Assembly: GCA_963765495.1 (NCBI GenBank)
Contig: CAVXWP010000002.1
Coordinates: 64,001 to 128,000 of the forward strand
DNA: 64,000 nucleotides
Reading direction: 5' to 3'
Source of the DNA: Blastocatellia bacterium
GTDB taxonomy: Bacteria; Acidobacteriota; Blastocatellia; UBA7656
Shown here: positions 38,785-47,859 of the stretch, piece by piece
Layout of the letters: each line of letters begins with the position of its first letter
Position numbering within the stretch: position 1 is the stretch's first letter
Notes under the pieces: model-generated
Database searches by the model: none
Told to the model about the DNA's origin: nothing
Seen by the model: the letters and a program-made list of their open reading frames with translations, nothing else
Translations under genes and position numbers: made by a program

Positions 38785-38830
38785 GGAGCAAAGATAACAG
38801 CCCCTCGGGGAGCAGTCAATAGGAGGTTAA

Positions 38831-39196
38831 ATGAAAGTTCTTGCTGTAATGGTTGACGACAAAATTGCGAGAGTCGAAGACGCGACCGGAAAGGTTTTTG
38901 ATCTGGTCACAACTCGACTCACTCAAAAGGGCCTGCTTGAAGAGGCAGCGTTAGAGTTGAAAAAACAGGGATGCGAAGCGGAGCTAAAGGAGTTTGATAT
39001 CAAAGCTCCATACGGTTACTCCAAGGTGCTCAATCGGGCAGAAGGCGCTTCTTTGATCGGCGACGGGCCAAATCCACTTTGCCTTTGTGAAAACGGAATT
39101 TCCCCAATGTTCTGCCAGTTTGGTCATCTTACCGAGTGCCACTATCCAATGAATTGCCGAGAGGCCGAGTGTTCACATCTTTCAAGGTATGAATAA
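38831..39196 (+). CDS. Hypothetical protein with Cys/His-rich C-terminus
   Basis: AGGAGG RBS; CLC...FCQFGHLTECHYPMNCREAECSH. Confidence 0.7.
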   Translation: MKVLAVMVDDKIARVEDATGKVFDLVTTRLTQKGLLEEAALELKKQGCEAELKEFDIKAPYGYSKVLNRAEGASLIGDGPNPLCLCENGISPMFCQFGHLTECHYPMNCREAECSHLSRYE

Positions 39197-39206
39197 GAGG
39201 TGATAT

Positions 39207-39542
39207 ATGATCGCTAATAATGTGAAAACCGATGTGACCTTGATTTCGACATGTCCATATTGCGAGCAGGAAATAGAAACGATTTCCGCTCAGGTGGCGA
39301 ACTTCATACAGAAATACGGTTGTGATGATTGCCGCCTGGGTTCATTTGAAATCAAGTCGGAGTTCCTGACGAGAATTGATCTTCAAAGAGTCCTGAAAAT
39401 CACAAAGCGCCAGGTATATGATCTGGTCCAACGCCGCGCGATCCCCTTCAGAAGAGTAGGGCGTCTGCTCCGATTCTCTCGCAAGGAGATAGACAAATGG
39501 ACGAAGGGTGATTCCGATTCGGAGCGGGCAGCAAATAATTGA
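39207..39542 (+). CDS. xis: Excisionase (HTH_17) with N-terminal CxxC-CxxC
   Basis: FLTRIDLQRVLKITKRQVYDLVQRRAIPFRRVGRLLRFSRKEIDKW. Confidence 0.82.
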   Translation: MIANNVKTDVTLISTCPYCEQEIETISAQVANFIQKYGCDDCRLGSFEIKSEFLTRIDLQRVLKITKRQVYDLVQRRAIPFRRVGRLLRFSRKEIDKWTKGDSDSERAANN

Positions 39543-39554
39543 TGGAGGTGTCGA

Positions 39555-39788
39555 GTGAAAGACCCAAGCACTAAGGAGGAATGGCAGGAAGCGGCCGATG
39601 CAGCGCACGCCTGCCTTTTGCTTCACGACGCGCGATTGTAAGGCTTCGTGATAGGCGGCCCGGAGATAAACTCTGATCGCTGCATCCAGATACTCGAACT
39701 GGCTAAAGCCAGGCGGATCTATCCAAGGCCGGATGCCGCCGAGCGATTCATAGCCGAGTTGCAGGTTGCCTACGGAGAAAGCAAATGA
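39555..39788 (+). pseudogene. Small phage protein with internal TAA at 39639
   Basis: GGAGG RBS; KDPSTKEEWQEAADAAHACLLLHDARL*GFVIGGPEINSDRC continues in frame. Confidence 0.6.
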
Positions 39789-40010
39789 AGGGGAGGGTAA
39801 TGTCCTTCTCAAGTATATGAATGTAATAAAATACTATTCGGCAATTGTCTTCGATTCTAATCTTTTTTGCTAAGCATTATGACTCATCTGCTTAGTAGTA
39901 TAACATCTTACCTAAACCGGGGCACAAACCTGCATTTCGTATTCTGCCTATTGCTGCTTAAGTCCTACAGTAAGTGGATGACAACAGCAATGGATGAAAA
40001 GGGTCTAAAT

Positions 40011-40162
40011 TTAATTGAGACGTGGTCATAAATTAAAACCTTTACATCTAGCAGTTAGAGGGTCTGACAAGACCGGCCGCAAGCTGTGCTAAATTATGTT
40101 ACATCTGTAAATGTTGCATCTGGGCCTTAACTGTTTCTGAATTATGACCACGCCTCAATTAA
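40011..40162. repeat. 21-bp inverted repeats flanking ~110 bp
   Basis: TTAATTGAGACGTGGTCATAA versus TTATGACCACGCCTCAATTAA (20/21). Confidence 0.8.
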
Positions 40163-40247
40163 TTCCTGTTTTGCCTGGATCACTCATTTTTCTCCTTAAT
40201 CGTTCGATTTCTTCCCATTCGGGGGGTGCTTTGGAAGTGACTTGAAA

Positions 40248-40883
40248 CTACTTAACCTGCTCATATGTTCCCTCCATGAAAAACTTGTTCTGATCTAATG
40301 CGCTTTTGGTAGTGTAAAAGTCCACAGTCACAGAATCCTCATTAAATACCATCTTGATATAGCGACATCTGTCACCATCAAAGTTTGGAGCAGACAACAG
40401 ACGAATGATGGTTCCGTCCTCATCCTCCGAAATAGTTTCGTATGCAGAACTTTGCCCGCTTCGCCAAGTGATCTTTTTTGAATTTCGATTTTCATACATC
40501 GTCATCCTCCCAAAACTCATATTAGAAGTACTGACCGGCTCCCACCGCGTAACTGAATCCTGAAAGATAGCGCAAAGGTGTGAATAACCAGTCCCGTTAA
40601 ACTGATTTATCGCCGCCTCACCTTCCTCGCGGCTCGCCATCACAACAAAACCGAAACCTCTCGACCTTCCGGTTTCCTTATCCTCACCGACTTCCGCACT
40701 CTCGACAGGGCCAGACTGTGAAAAAAGTTCACGCAACTCTTCGCTGCTAGTTTGAAAACTTAGATTGCCCACATATACCTTCATCTGCTCGGCTATCGGG
40801 TTTTGAGCTTCGGCAAAATTCGATAGACAAGCAATTGCAGTGATGACAAATACAGTTGACCATATTCTTTTGAACATAATCAT
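40248..40883 (-). CDS. Signal peptide, RRM domain and unknown C-terminal domain
   Basis: MFKRIWSTVFVITAIACLSNFAEAQ then KVYVGNLSF (RNP2) and RGFGFV (RNP1). Confidence 0.8.
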   Translation of the reverse strand: MIMFKRIWSTVFVITAIACLSNFAEAQNPIAEQMKVYVGNLSFQTSSEELRELFSQSGPVESAEVGEDKETGRSRGFGFVVMASREEGEAAINQFNGTGYSHLCAIFQDSVTRWEPVSTSNMSFGRMTMYENRNSKKITWRSGQSSAYETISEDEDGTIIRLLSAPNFDGDRCRYIKMVFNEDSVTVDFYTTKSALDQNKFFMEGTYEQVK

Positions 40884-40896
40884 AATTTCTCCTCGA

Positions 40897-41661
40897 CTAT
40901 TTTTTGTAATTCTCCGACACAAACTGATTAAAGAATTTATTCAGGTTTTCCGGTTCCAAGAGCGCAAAACCGTCGGCATTGGAATTCTTAGACCTGACTG
41001 CATTCTCTTTCTGCTGCTCATACGCCTCAGCTTCGTCTATGTAAGCGGTCATGAATTTTTTTCCGAGCGCGGTTGCCGTAAATTTATCGTGTTCTGCTTT
41101 GTCTTCCGGTGTGAAGTCCAAAGTGCCGCCATTTCCGGTGATGAGTTCTGCCATCTTTGAAATCCTGACGTATTTTAGAACCTGCTGACCGGCGGTTCCC
41201 TGAAAAAAGGTGATCAGGCTGTTTAGTTCTTTGACCGTAAATTTCGCGGTATAACTTTTCTGCAAGCCTTCTTTGATCCATTGCTCGGTCGGAAAGTTCT
41301 TTCTGATTGTATCGTCAATGATCTTGTCAATGCTTTTGCTCAACCGGTCATAATTGGCTTTGACAAACGATTTTTGACCGGGCGTTAATTTGTTATTGAC
41401 CTTCAGCGCCTCATCAAAAACTTCTATTCTGACTTTTCTCACTCTTTCTTCCTCATCTTTGACGTCTTTGGTTCCCGGCAGCGAAGCAATTTGCTCTTCA
41501 ATGCCGACGTAGGGATGCATCGAAAAAGTTAAATCGATCAGGTTTTTTACCGACGCGCCTTTTGCTGGTGCGCCTTTCGGTGTTTGAGCTTCGGCAAAAG
41601 GCGCGTCGCCCGCGACCAGCACGATAAGCGAGATGATTACGATAAGCCCTATTTTCTTCAT
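40897..41661 (-). CDS. Secreted DUF2059-like protein
   Basis: Signal peptide; YTAKFTVKELNSLITFFQGTAGQQ and KFTATALGKKF. Confidence 0.75.
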   Translation of the reverse strand: MKKIGLIVIISLIVLVAGDAPFAEAQTPKGAPAKGASVKNLIDLTFSMHPYVGIEEQIASLPGTKDVKDEEERVRKVRIEVFDEALKVNNKLTPGQKSFVKANYDRLSKSIDKIIDDTIRKNFPTEQWIKEGLQKSYTAKFTVKELNSLITFFQGTAGQQVLKYVRISKMAELITGNGGTLDFTPEDKAEHDKFTATALGKKFMTAYIDEAEAYEQQKENAVRSKNSNADGFALLEPENLNKFFNQFVSENYKK

Positions 41662-41965
41662 GGTTTCTTTGTCTCCCTTTTCCTGAGGGGGTTGCTCCAA
41701 ATCTGCTTGATTGATGGCCCGATCCGCCAAGGCTTGTTTGTTGCAGTCCGTATCTAACTCTATGAAAGCAACGTCCAGTAGTTGATGAGTTTCAAGGCTG
41801 CCTCAACTCCTGTCGAGTGCTCTCAGTAGATAAGGGGGAATTGGTGGGCGAAAGTGTTCACGCCACGAGAAAACTCAGGGGAAAATCGTTCTGGCTTAGC
41901 CTGCCCGGATGTGCCCCCGGATCGGACCTGTCCCGCGGCAAGCGTTAGGCTCTCCTCATCATCGC

Positions 41966-42190
41966 TCAAGCCACCAGTGAGTGTTTCTGCCTGTAGCCGA
42001 TCAGGCTCTGATACCCAAGTGCCTGATGCGGCCTTGCCTCGTTATACCACCTGATCCACTCGCGCACCTTCTCGCTGGCTGCTGCGAAACTCTCGAAGTT
42101 ATGCTGCCACACGCATTCTTCCTTCAAGCGCGGAAGAATCGCTCGATCAAGCCATTCTGCTCCGGTGAGTAGGGCGTGATGTACTCCTTC
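41966..42190 (-). pseudogene. IS3-family transposase C-terminal fragment
   Basis: EYITPYSPEQNGLIERFFR and LKEECVWQHNF...WYNEARPHQALGY, with a frameshift. Confidence 0.8.
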
Positions 42191-42845
42191 TCATTTTTCA
42201 TAGCCTACCTCCTGAGAAAGCATTCTCTGATATGTCTTATTAGTGGTCTACTTCTTAAGGAGAGCACGATACTTTCTTACTAAGCAAAATAACTATGCCG
42301 CCGAGTAGCAGAATGCGAAACAGGTGAATTTCCTAGTGTTTGTGTCCCAATCTCAGACCCTTTTCTGCCTCTTATGCTTAGTTCGGCAAATCCTCACCCG
42401 AAAAACTGTTCTGTCCAACTGCATCTCTACACAAGATTGGGAATCGCCAAACAGAAGAGATGCTTGAATGGAACAAGAAAAACGTGATATAAGAGGCTCA
42501 ACCCGACCCCAGGCGGGTTTATCTCATCTCGGAGATAACCCGATGCCTAAAATTCCACGCTCTGGCTTTCTGCCTTTCCTGAAAGATGACCTGGCGAATG
42601 GCTACGTCAAGGTAATGGCTCCAAAGATCGGCCAGGTTTACGCAAAGTTGCAAACTATCTCCGGGTCGAGGCGAGTAGAACTACTCGGTTGGGGCTTACA
42701 ACCTTCGGCTGCCTACCAATTGGAGTGCTACTCGAATGAAGATCAGCAGAAACTATTGAATACTCTTTCTTGAGTCGTATCCGAGTGGCAGTTAAAATGA
42801 CCACGCCCAAGCTGTGGCTGCGGCTCGGGAAAGGAACAGCCAACT

Positions 42846-44006
42846 ATGTCAGTGTACAAACGTACCTGGAAACAGAAAGACGGAAGCACCGCTTTTTGTT
42901 GGTACTTCCACAGAACCATTGATGGTGTGCGCTATCGTGATCGAATCCCAACGGCGCGCACCAAGCGCGAGGCTGATGAAGCAGAGCGCAAAATTCTAGC
43001 TCAAATACACGAAGGGACTTACGGCAAGCCCAAAGGCAACACAACGCTTAGGGAGTTTGTCGAAGGAACCTTTATCCCATGGTCAAAAGAAAACAAGAAG
43101 TCCTGGCGTTCGGACCTCTCGCGTCTCAAGCCGATCCTCGCCTACTTCGGCAAGAAGCGATTGAGGGAGATTTGCGAAAACCCGTTCCTAGTTGAAACCT
43201 TCAAGTCAAAGCGCCTCAAGGCACCGGTTGTTTACAAGACGAAGAATGGTCAGGGAAAACAAAAAAACAGATCGAAAGCGGCCGTCAATCGCGAACTCCA
43301 GTTGCTCTCTCGAATCTTCACCCTGGCGATGAGTAGAAAGGAAGTCTCTACAAATCCTGTTAGCCAGGTTGAGTTATTCAAAGGAGAGAAAAGAAGAAAG
43401 CGAAGGCTTGGACCGGATGAACGGTTGAGGCTATTCGAAGCAATCCCCGGCAAGCTTTCTCAGGCCAGGCGGTCGCATCTTATACCCATTGTGCTGCTTG
43501 CTCTCAACTGCGGACTTCGGCGCACCGAGCTACTTTCTCTGAAAACCGAAGACATAGATTTTGAGCAGAACATTATCAACGTCAGAGACACCAAGAACGG
43601 AGAGGATCGAGAGGTAGAGATGAACGCCACGGCAAAGGGAGTTTGTCTCGACCTCGTAGCGCAGGCGCGCGCCAAAGGGTGGATATACATCTTCACGAAC
43701 CCGAAGACAGGAATTCGATACAAAGACATCAAGAAGGGATTCGGCAATGCGCTTCGAGATGCAGGTATCGAGGATTTCCGCTTTCACGATCTGCGCCATA
43801 CATTTGCATCAACAGCAGGCGACGATCCAAGGGTGCCGATCACGGCCCTTGCCGAGACTCTGGGGCACAAAGATTGGCGCACAACGATGCAGTACACCCA
43901 CGCAAGTAAGAGCGGAAAACTGAGGGTTGTTGAAGCCCAGGAAAGGACCGAAGATGAGAGAGCAGGTCACAAAATGGTCACAAAGAACGAAAGGCAGGCT
44001 GTATAG
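42846..44006 (+). CDS. int: Tyrosine integrase of the 42.6-kb element
   Basis: CGLRRTEL, TKNG, FRFHDLRHTFAS, LGHKDWRTTMQYTH; abuts tRNA 3' end. Confidence 0.96.
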   Translation: MSVYKRTWKQKDGSTAFCWYFHRTIDGVRYRDRIPTARTKREADEAERKILAQIHEGTYGKPKGNTTLREFVEGTFIPWSKENKKSWRSDLSRLKPILAYFGKKRLREICENPFLVETFKSKRLKAPVVYKTKNGQGKQKNRSKAAVNRELQLLSRIFTLAMSRKEVSTNPVSQVELFKGEKRRKRRLGPDERLRLFEAIPGKLSQARRSHLIPIVLLALNCGLRRTELLSLKTEDIDFEQNIINVRDTKNGEDREVEMNATAKGVCLDLVAQARAKGWIYIFTNPKTGIRYKDIKKGFGNALRDAGIEDFRFHDLRHTFASTAGDDPRVPITALAETLGHKDWRTTMQYTHASKSGKLRVVEAQERTEDERAGHKMVTKNERQAV

Positions 44007-44015
44007 CCTGCCTTT
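43990..44015. terminator. Bidirectional hairpin between int and the tRNA
   Basis: AAAGGCAGGCT-GTAT-AGCCTGCCTTT. Confidence 0.7.
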
Positions 44016-44031
44016 AAGTCGTTCTAAATAT

Positions 44032-44108
<77 letters not shown>

Positions 44109-44132
44109 TTAAAGACTCTCAAACAAAAATGT

Positions 44133-44162
44133 AGTATAGCCATCCCTGAAACGGGGTGTCAA
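44133..44162 (-). promoter_or_regulatory. tRNA promoter
   Basis: TTGACA-18-TATACT. Confidence 0.75.
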
Positions 44163-44255
44163 GGGTCCGAAGCCAGCGATTCCCGGTGAGGCTGTAAATG
44201 AAGAAAACAAGCCAAGAGGTGGATTGAGTTTTTGCGCTTTGCTATCCTTTGGCCT

Positions 44256-45581
44256 ATGCGACCTCTTAAGAGCCTTACTTTGGATGCTGTTATTTCCCGT
44301 TTCTCTGATGCTTTCTCTGCCTTTCCTGATATCAGAGATGCCGGTAAAGTCAACTACCCGCTTCGCGACTGTCTGATGAGCGGGTTTGCGATGATGTTTT
44401 TCCAACATAAGAGCCTGCTTGAGTTTCAGCGCAGGATGAAGCAAAGGCGCGGACGGTGTAATCTTGAGACTATCTTCTGTGTCAAAGATATTCCTTCTGA
44501 CTCTCAGATGAGAGAGGTCCTCGACACTGCTCCTACGGAAGAATTACGTCGGCTTTTGCCAAGGCTGTTTGAGGATGTCAGACGAGCGGGTTGGGCAATC
44601 GATTTTAAGACCTTCATCCCTACAGGCCAAGATAAGGGTGACTACTACACGCTTATGCTTGATGGAACCGAGTACTTTCATTCTACAAACATAGAGTGCT
44701 CCTCGTGTTTGAGAAGAAGTGATAAGAGTGGCCAAACCCACTACTCGCACTGCGTAGTGGCAGCGTCTTTGCTACGGGCTTCATCACACAGAGTTCTTCC
44801 ACTCGATGTAGAAGAGGTTCAAAACACTGACGGGCAACAAAAACAAGACTGCGAGTTGAATGCCGGTAAGCGACTCATAGAGCGGTTGCGTCGTGAGCAC
44901 CCACAGATGGAGATGATCGTTGGAGGCGACGATCTTTATTCACACGAGCCTTTTGTAGAACTACTTCAAAGCAAGCGAATGCATTACGTGTTGGTGGCAA
45001 AACCTGATTCTCACAGAGAACTCTTTGAATGGGTAGAAGAGTTGAGTTGCCTGCCGGAGTGTGAGCAAGGCGAGTGGGAAGAAGGGCCAGCCTGCAAGCG
45101 GAGATATTTTGAATATAGAATTGTGCGAAGCGTGCCCTTGTCATCAGCGCGCAAGGTGATGGTGACGTTCGTAGAAGTGTGGGAGAGAGACAGGCAAGGA
45201 AAATTACTTTACCACAACTCTTGGATAACAGACCTGGAAGTAGAGATTGAGAACCTGTCGGTGATAGTAGCGATAGGACGGTCGAGATGGAAGATAGAAA
45301 ATGAGCACTTCAACGTGGCAAAGAATCACGGTTATGAGATGGAGCATAACTTTGGGCATGGGAAGAAGAATCTATCTATGGTCTTTTACTTGTTGAACCT
45401 GCTGGCATTTGTAGTGCACAAGATAGTAGAGAAGGGAGACCATCTGTATCAGAAATGTCGAGCGATGGAGACGCTCAAAGAGCTATGGAATGGGTTGAGG
45501 ACCATCATGAAGACGTTTCAAGTGGAGAGTTGGAAAGAAATGCTTATGATGTATATAGGAGAAGAAGAAGGCGATCCGTGA
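44256..45581 (+). mobile_element. DDE transposase (IS4-superfamily/ISNCY-like)
   Basis: LDGTEYF, KQDCELNAGKR, GDDLYS, GRSRWKIENEHFN..KNHGY..EHNFGHG. Confidence 0.88.
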
Positions 45582-45865
45582 GCAGGAAAGATTCAGGCCG
45601 GTGTCAAAGAGAAACGGTCAGGAAAGCAAAAAAGAGAAAATAGAAAAGAGAAGGAGGGGAGGCAAAGAAAGACAGAACGAGAAGAAGGGAAAGCAAGATG
45701 GTGGAAAGGAGAAGTTGTATCCAAGTAGTCAGTATCTCCGCTTGCAACCCTAAGAGGACTCTTCATTTAGACTTATTATGCAAAATATCAAGGAAAGAGG
45801 TGTCTTTTGCCTTCAGGTCATCTCAACAGATGGCTTCCGAAGGGGTTCGATAAGAAGATTTATCA

Positions 45866-46381
45866 CTACTTCTTCCTAAGCAATTCTGTTGTGTGGTCGG
45901 TAATGCTTGAAGCAGGTATTTCAAATGCCTCTCCAGTATCGAAACCTCTTGCCTCTTTACTCTCCAATGGAATCGCTTCAACCCCCTTTATCTTTTTATT
46001 GTTCCTGGCTTGCCTTAATTGTCTGAACCCCGTACTTTCATTTGTATCGGAATGACTTTCGCCAAAGAGTGCGAAATATAAAATCCAAAAGATGCCTCCG
46101 AGAAAAAGAGTCAGTGGGACAAGCAGGGGAGCCGGAGTATCTACGCCTATTGAGAGGGCGAGAAAAACAGGAGATGCGACAATGCTCGCAAATATCATCT
46201 TAGCTCCCCGGCGAATACTTGGCCTTTGAAGAAGAGGCTTATCATTTATTTTCACATTGTTTCCTGGAGAGGAAAGACCATTATTGGAAAGCATGGCAGC
46301 CAGGCCATCAAGCTGGAATCCGCACCGGGAACAGAATCGCGCTTGATCGACAATTGCCAGTCCGCATTTTGGACAATACAT
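45866..46381 (-). CDS. Zinc-ribbon membrane protein
   Basis: MYCPKCG...FCSRCG, two TM helices, C-terminal SITDHTTELL. Confidence 0.8.
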   Translation of the reverse strand: MYCPKCGLAIVDQARFCSRCGFQLDGLAAMLSNNGLSSPGNNVKINDKPLLQRPSIRRGAKMIFASIVASPVFLALSIGVDTPAPLLVPLTLFLGGIFWILYFALFGESHSDTNESTGFRQLRQARNNKKIKGVEAIPLESKEARGFDTGEAFEIPASSITDHTTELLRKK

Positions 46382-46652
46382 ATAACCTCGCATCAAACCT
46401 AGAGATGAAATTTCAAGAAACCTACGAGACGAACGATCACAAAGTTTCAATAACAGAGGTTGCGCGCGCCGGGTAAACACTTTGCCAATAGGTATGATTG
46501 GCCGCTCTTTGAGGAGTTTTGAAGCGATATCAAGATGCTCAACGGCTAAGAATGCCGGCGTTCTGTCCTGAGGAGTTTCTTGACCTCCAGTGCCTCCTGA
46601 TTTTATTGAGCCGGTGGGAAGCGCCTCCGTTCCAAGGGAGTCAGTTCTGGTC

Positions 46653-47060
46653 TCAACTGATTCTTTCCCAAACTATTCTCCGTGTCGAGCCGGGCTTCAG
46701 AATCAATTGCTTTCCTGAGAACTCATATTCCCGCTTTAACTCTTTTCCTATACTGCTTGCCCAAAGGTGCCCCTTGACATAGTGAGTGATGATTCCCTGC
46801 ACTTCATCTATTTCATACGTACCCCAGAAGGCAGTAAACCCCTCGATAGATTCCTTCAGCCTGCCGTCGCTCATCCCTGTCGACTCTGTTGAAGACAGAG
46901 CCGGGCGATCAGGCTTCATGATCTGAACCGCCATGTTGCCTGACGAATCATAAATAAGCAGACCGACAGGATTCCGCCCATACGGATAGGAGAGGTGGCC
47001 GTCGGGAAGATCTTCTTCAAAGGAGATGAGCCTCCAGGTTCCGACAAATCTATTCATCAC
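46653..47060 (-). CDS. Lipocalin-like domain protein
   Basis: VGTWRLISF, PYGRNPVGLLIYD..G.MAVQIM. Confidence 0.85.
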   Translation of the reverse strand: MMNRFVGTWRLISFEEDLPDGHLSYPYGRNPVGLLIYDSSGNMAVQIMKPDRPALSSTESTGMSDGRLKESIEGFTAFWGTYEIDEVQGIITHYVKGHLWASSIGKELKREYEFSGKQLILKPGSTRRIVWERIS

Positions 47061-47127
47061 TCTACCGCCATTCCGCTCTCAACGCCCGATTACTTTATAC
47101 AACTCTATCGTGACCTCTGCGACCATT

Positions 47128-47610
47128 TTACAAACAGACCACCCTTCGGTCACTTGCGCCATAGAATCTCAGATATGGCCCGGCAACACCCGTTTGCATC
47201 ATCAAGTCGATACTCTCTACAAAGGCAGCTTTCTTGTTTGATTCGTAGCGGGCTACCCATTGGGTGTCGGTTGTGAAACCTCCCGATATGCTCACCCTTG
47301 AAAGCTCAAGCAGAGGCAGGTAATCCTGAGCAACAGGCAATATCTTTGCTTCCACTTCACGGGCAAATATATCAGATACCTCGCTAAAGGGTATGGGTTG
47401 TGAATTGTTGGCAAGCCATCCGGGTAGCTCCTGTTCGGCGCGCGCCTCTGACATGAAGTTGACGGTATGGATTCCTTTTTTCCATCCAAAGTATGTAACC
47501 GTCAGAAGATGCCAACGAGCGTGGCGAAAGACAAGGGCAAAATCCCCGTCGAGCAGGACGGTATCAGATGTCTTAAGGTTGGTTATATACAAAGTGTGTT
47601 CTTCATTCAT
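47128..47610 (-). CDS. Hypothetical protein
   Basis: Non-overlapping 160-aa part of the long ORF. Confidence 0.5.
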   Translation of the reverse strand: MNEEHTLYITNLKTSDTVLLDGDFALVFRHARWHLLTVTYFGWKKGIHTVNFMSEARAEQELPGWLANNSQPIPFSEVSDIFAREVEAKILPVAQDYLPLLELSRVSISGGFTTDTQWVARYESNKKAAFVESIDLMMQTGVAGPYLRFYGASDRRVVCL

Positions 47611-47859
47611 AATCACGATCAGATCTGTGTGCCTCGATCTTATGGAAGGTATAATCCGCTTGCAAAAAAAGAGTATGAGTGAGTCAGGAATATACGGGCG
47701 AAGGACATACAAAATCAAGCAAACAATAGCCGGTGGTTGAAAGGTAAATGGAATAGCCTGGCAGTCTTCGCCTCTTCCGTTCAAATCATGTATGATGGTT
47801 CGGACAATTCGCCATTGAATCATCAATATATCAATTGTAGCAGGGAGGGTTTGGTATAA

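Noticed and set aside
17932-39788. Stop-codon recoding in the element
   Set aside because: The two internal stops differ (TAG and TAA), TAG ends other genes normally, and no suppressor tRNA is present; decay or sequencing error is simpler
45582-45800. Right inverted repeat of the transposase element
   Set aside because: Purine-rich tract seen, but no convincing terminal repeat or target duplication
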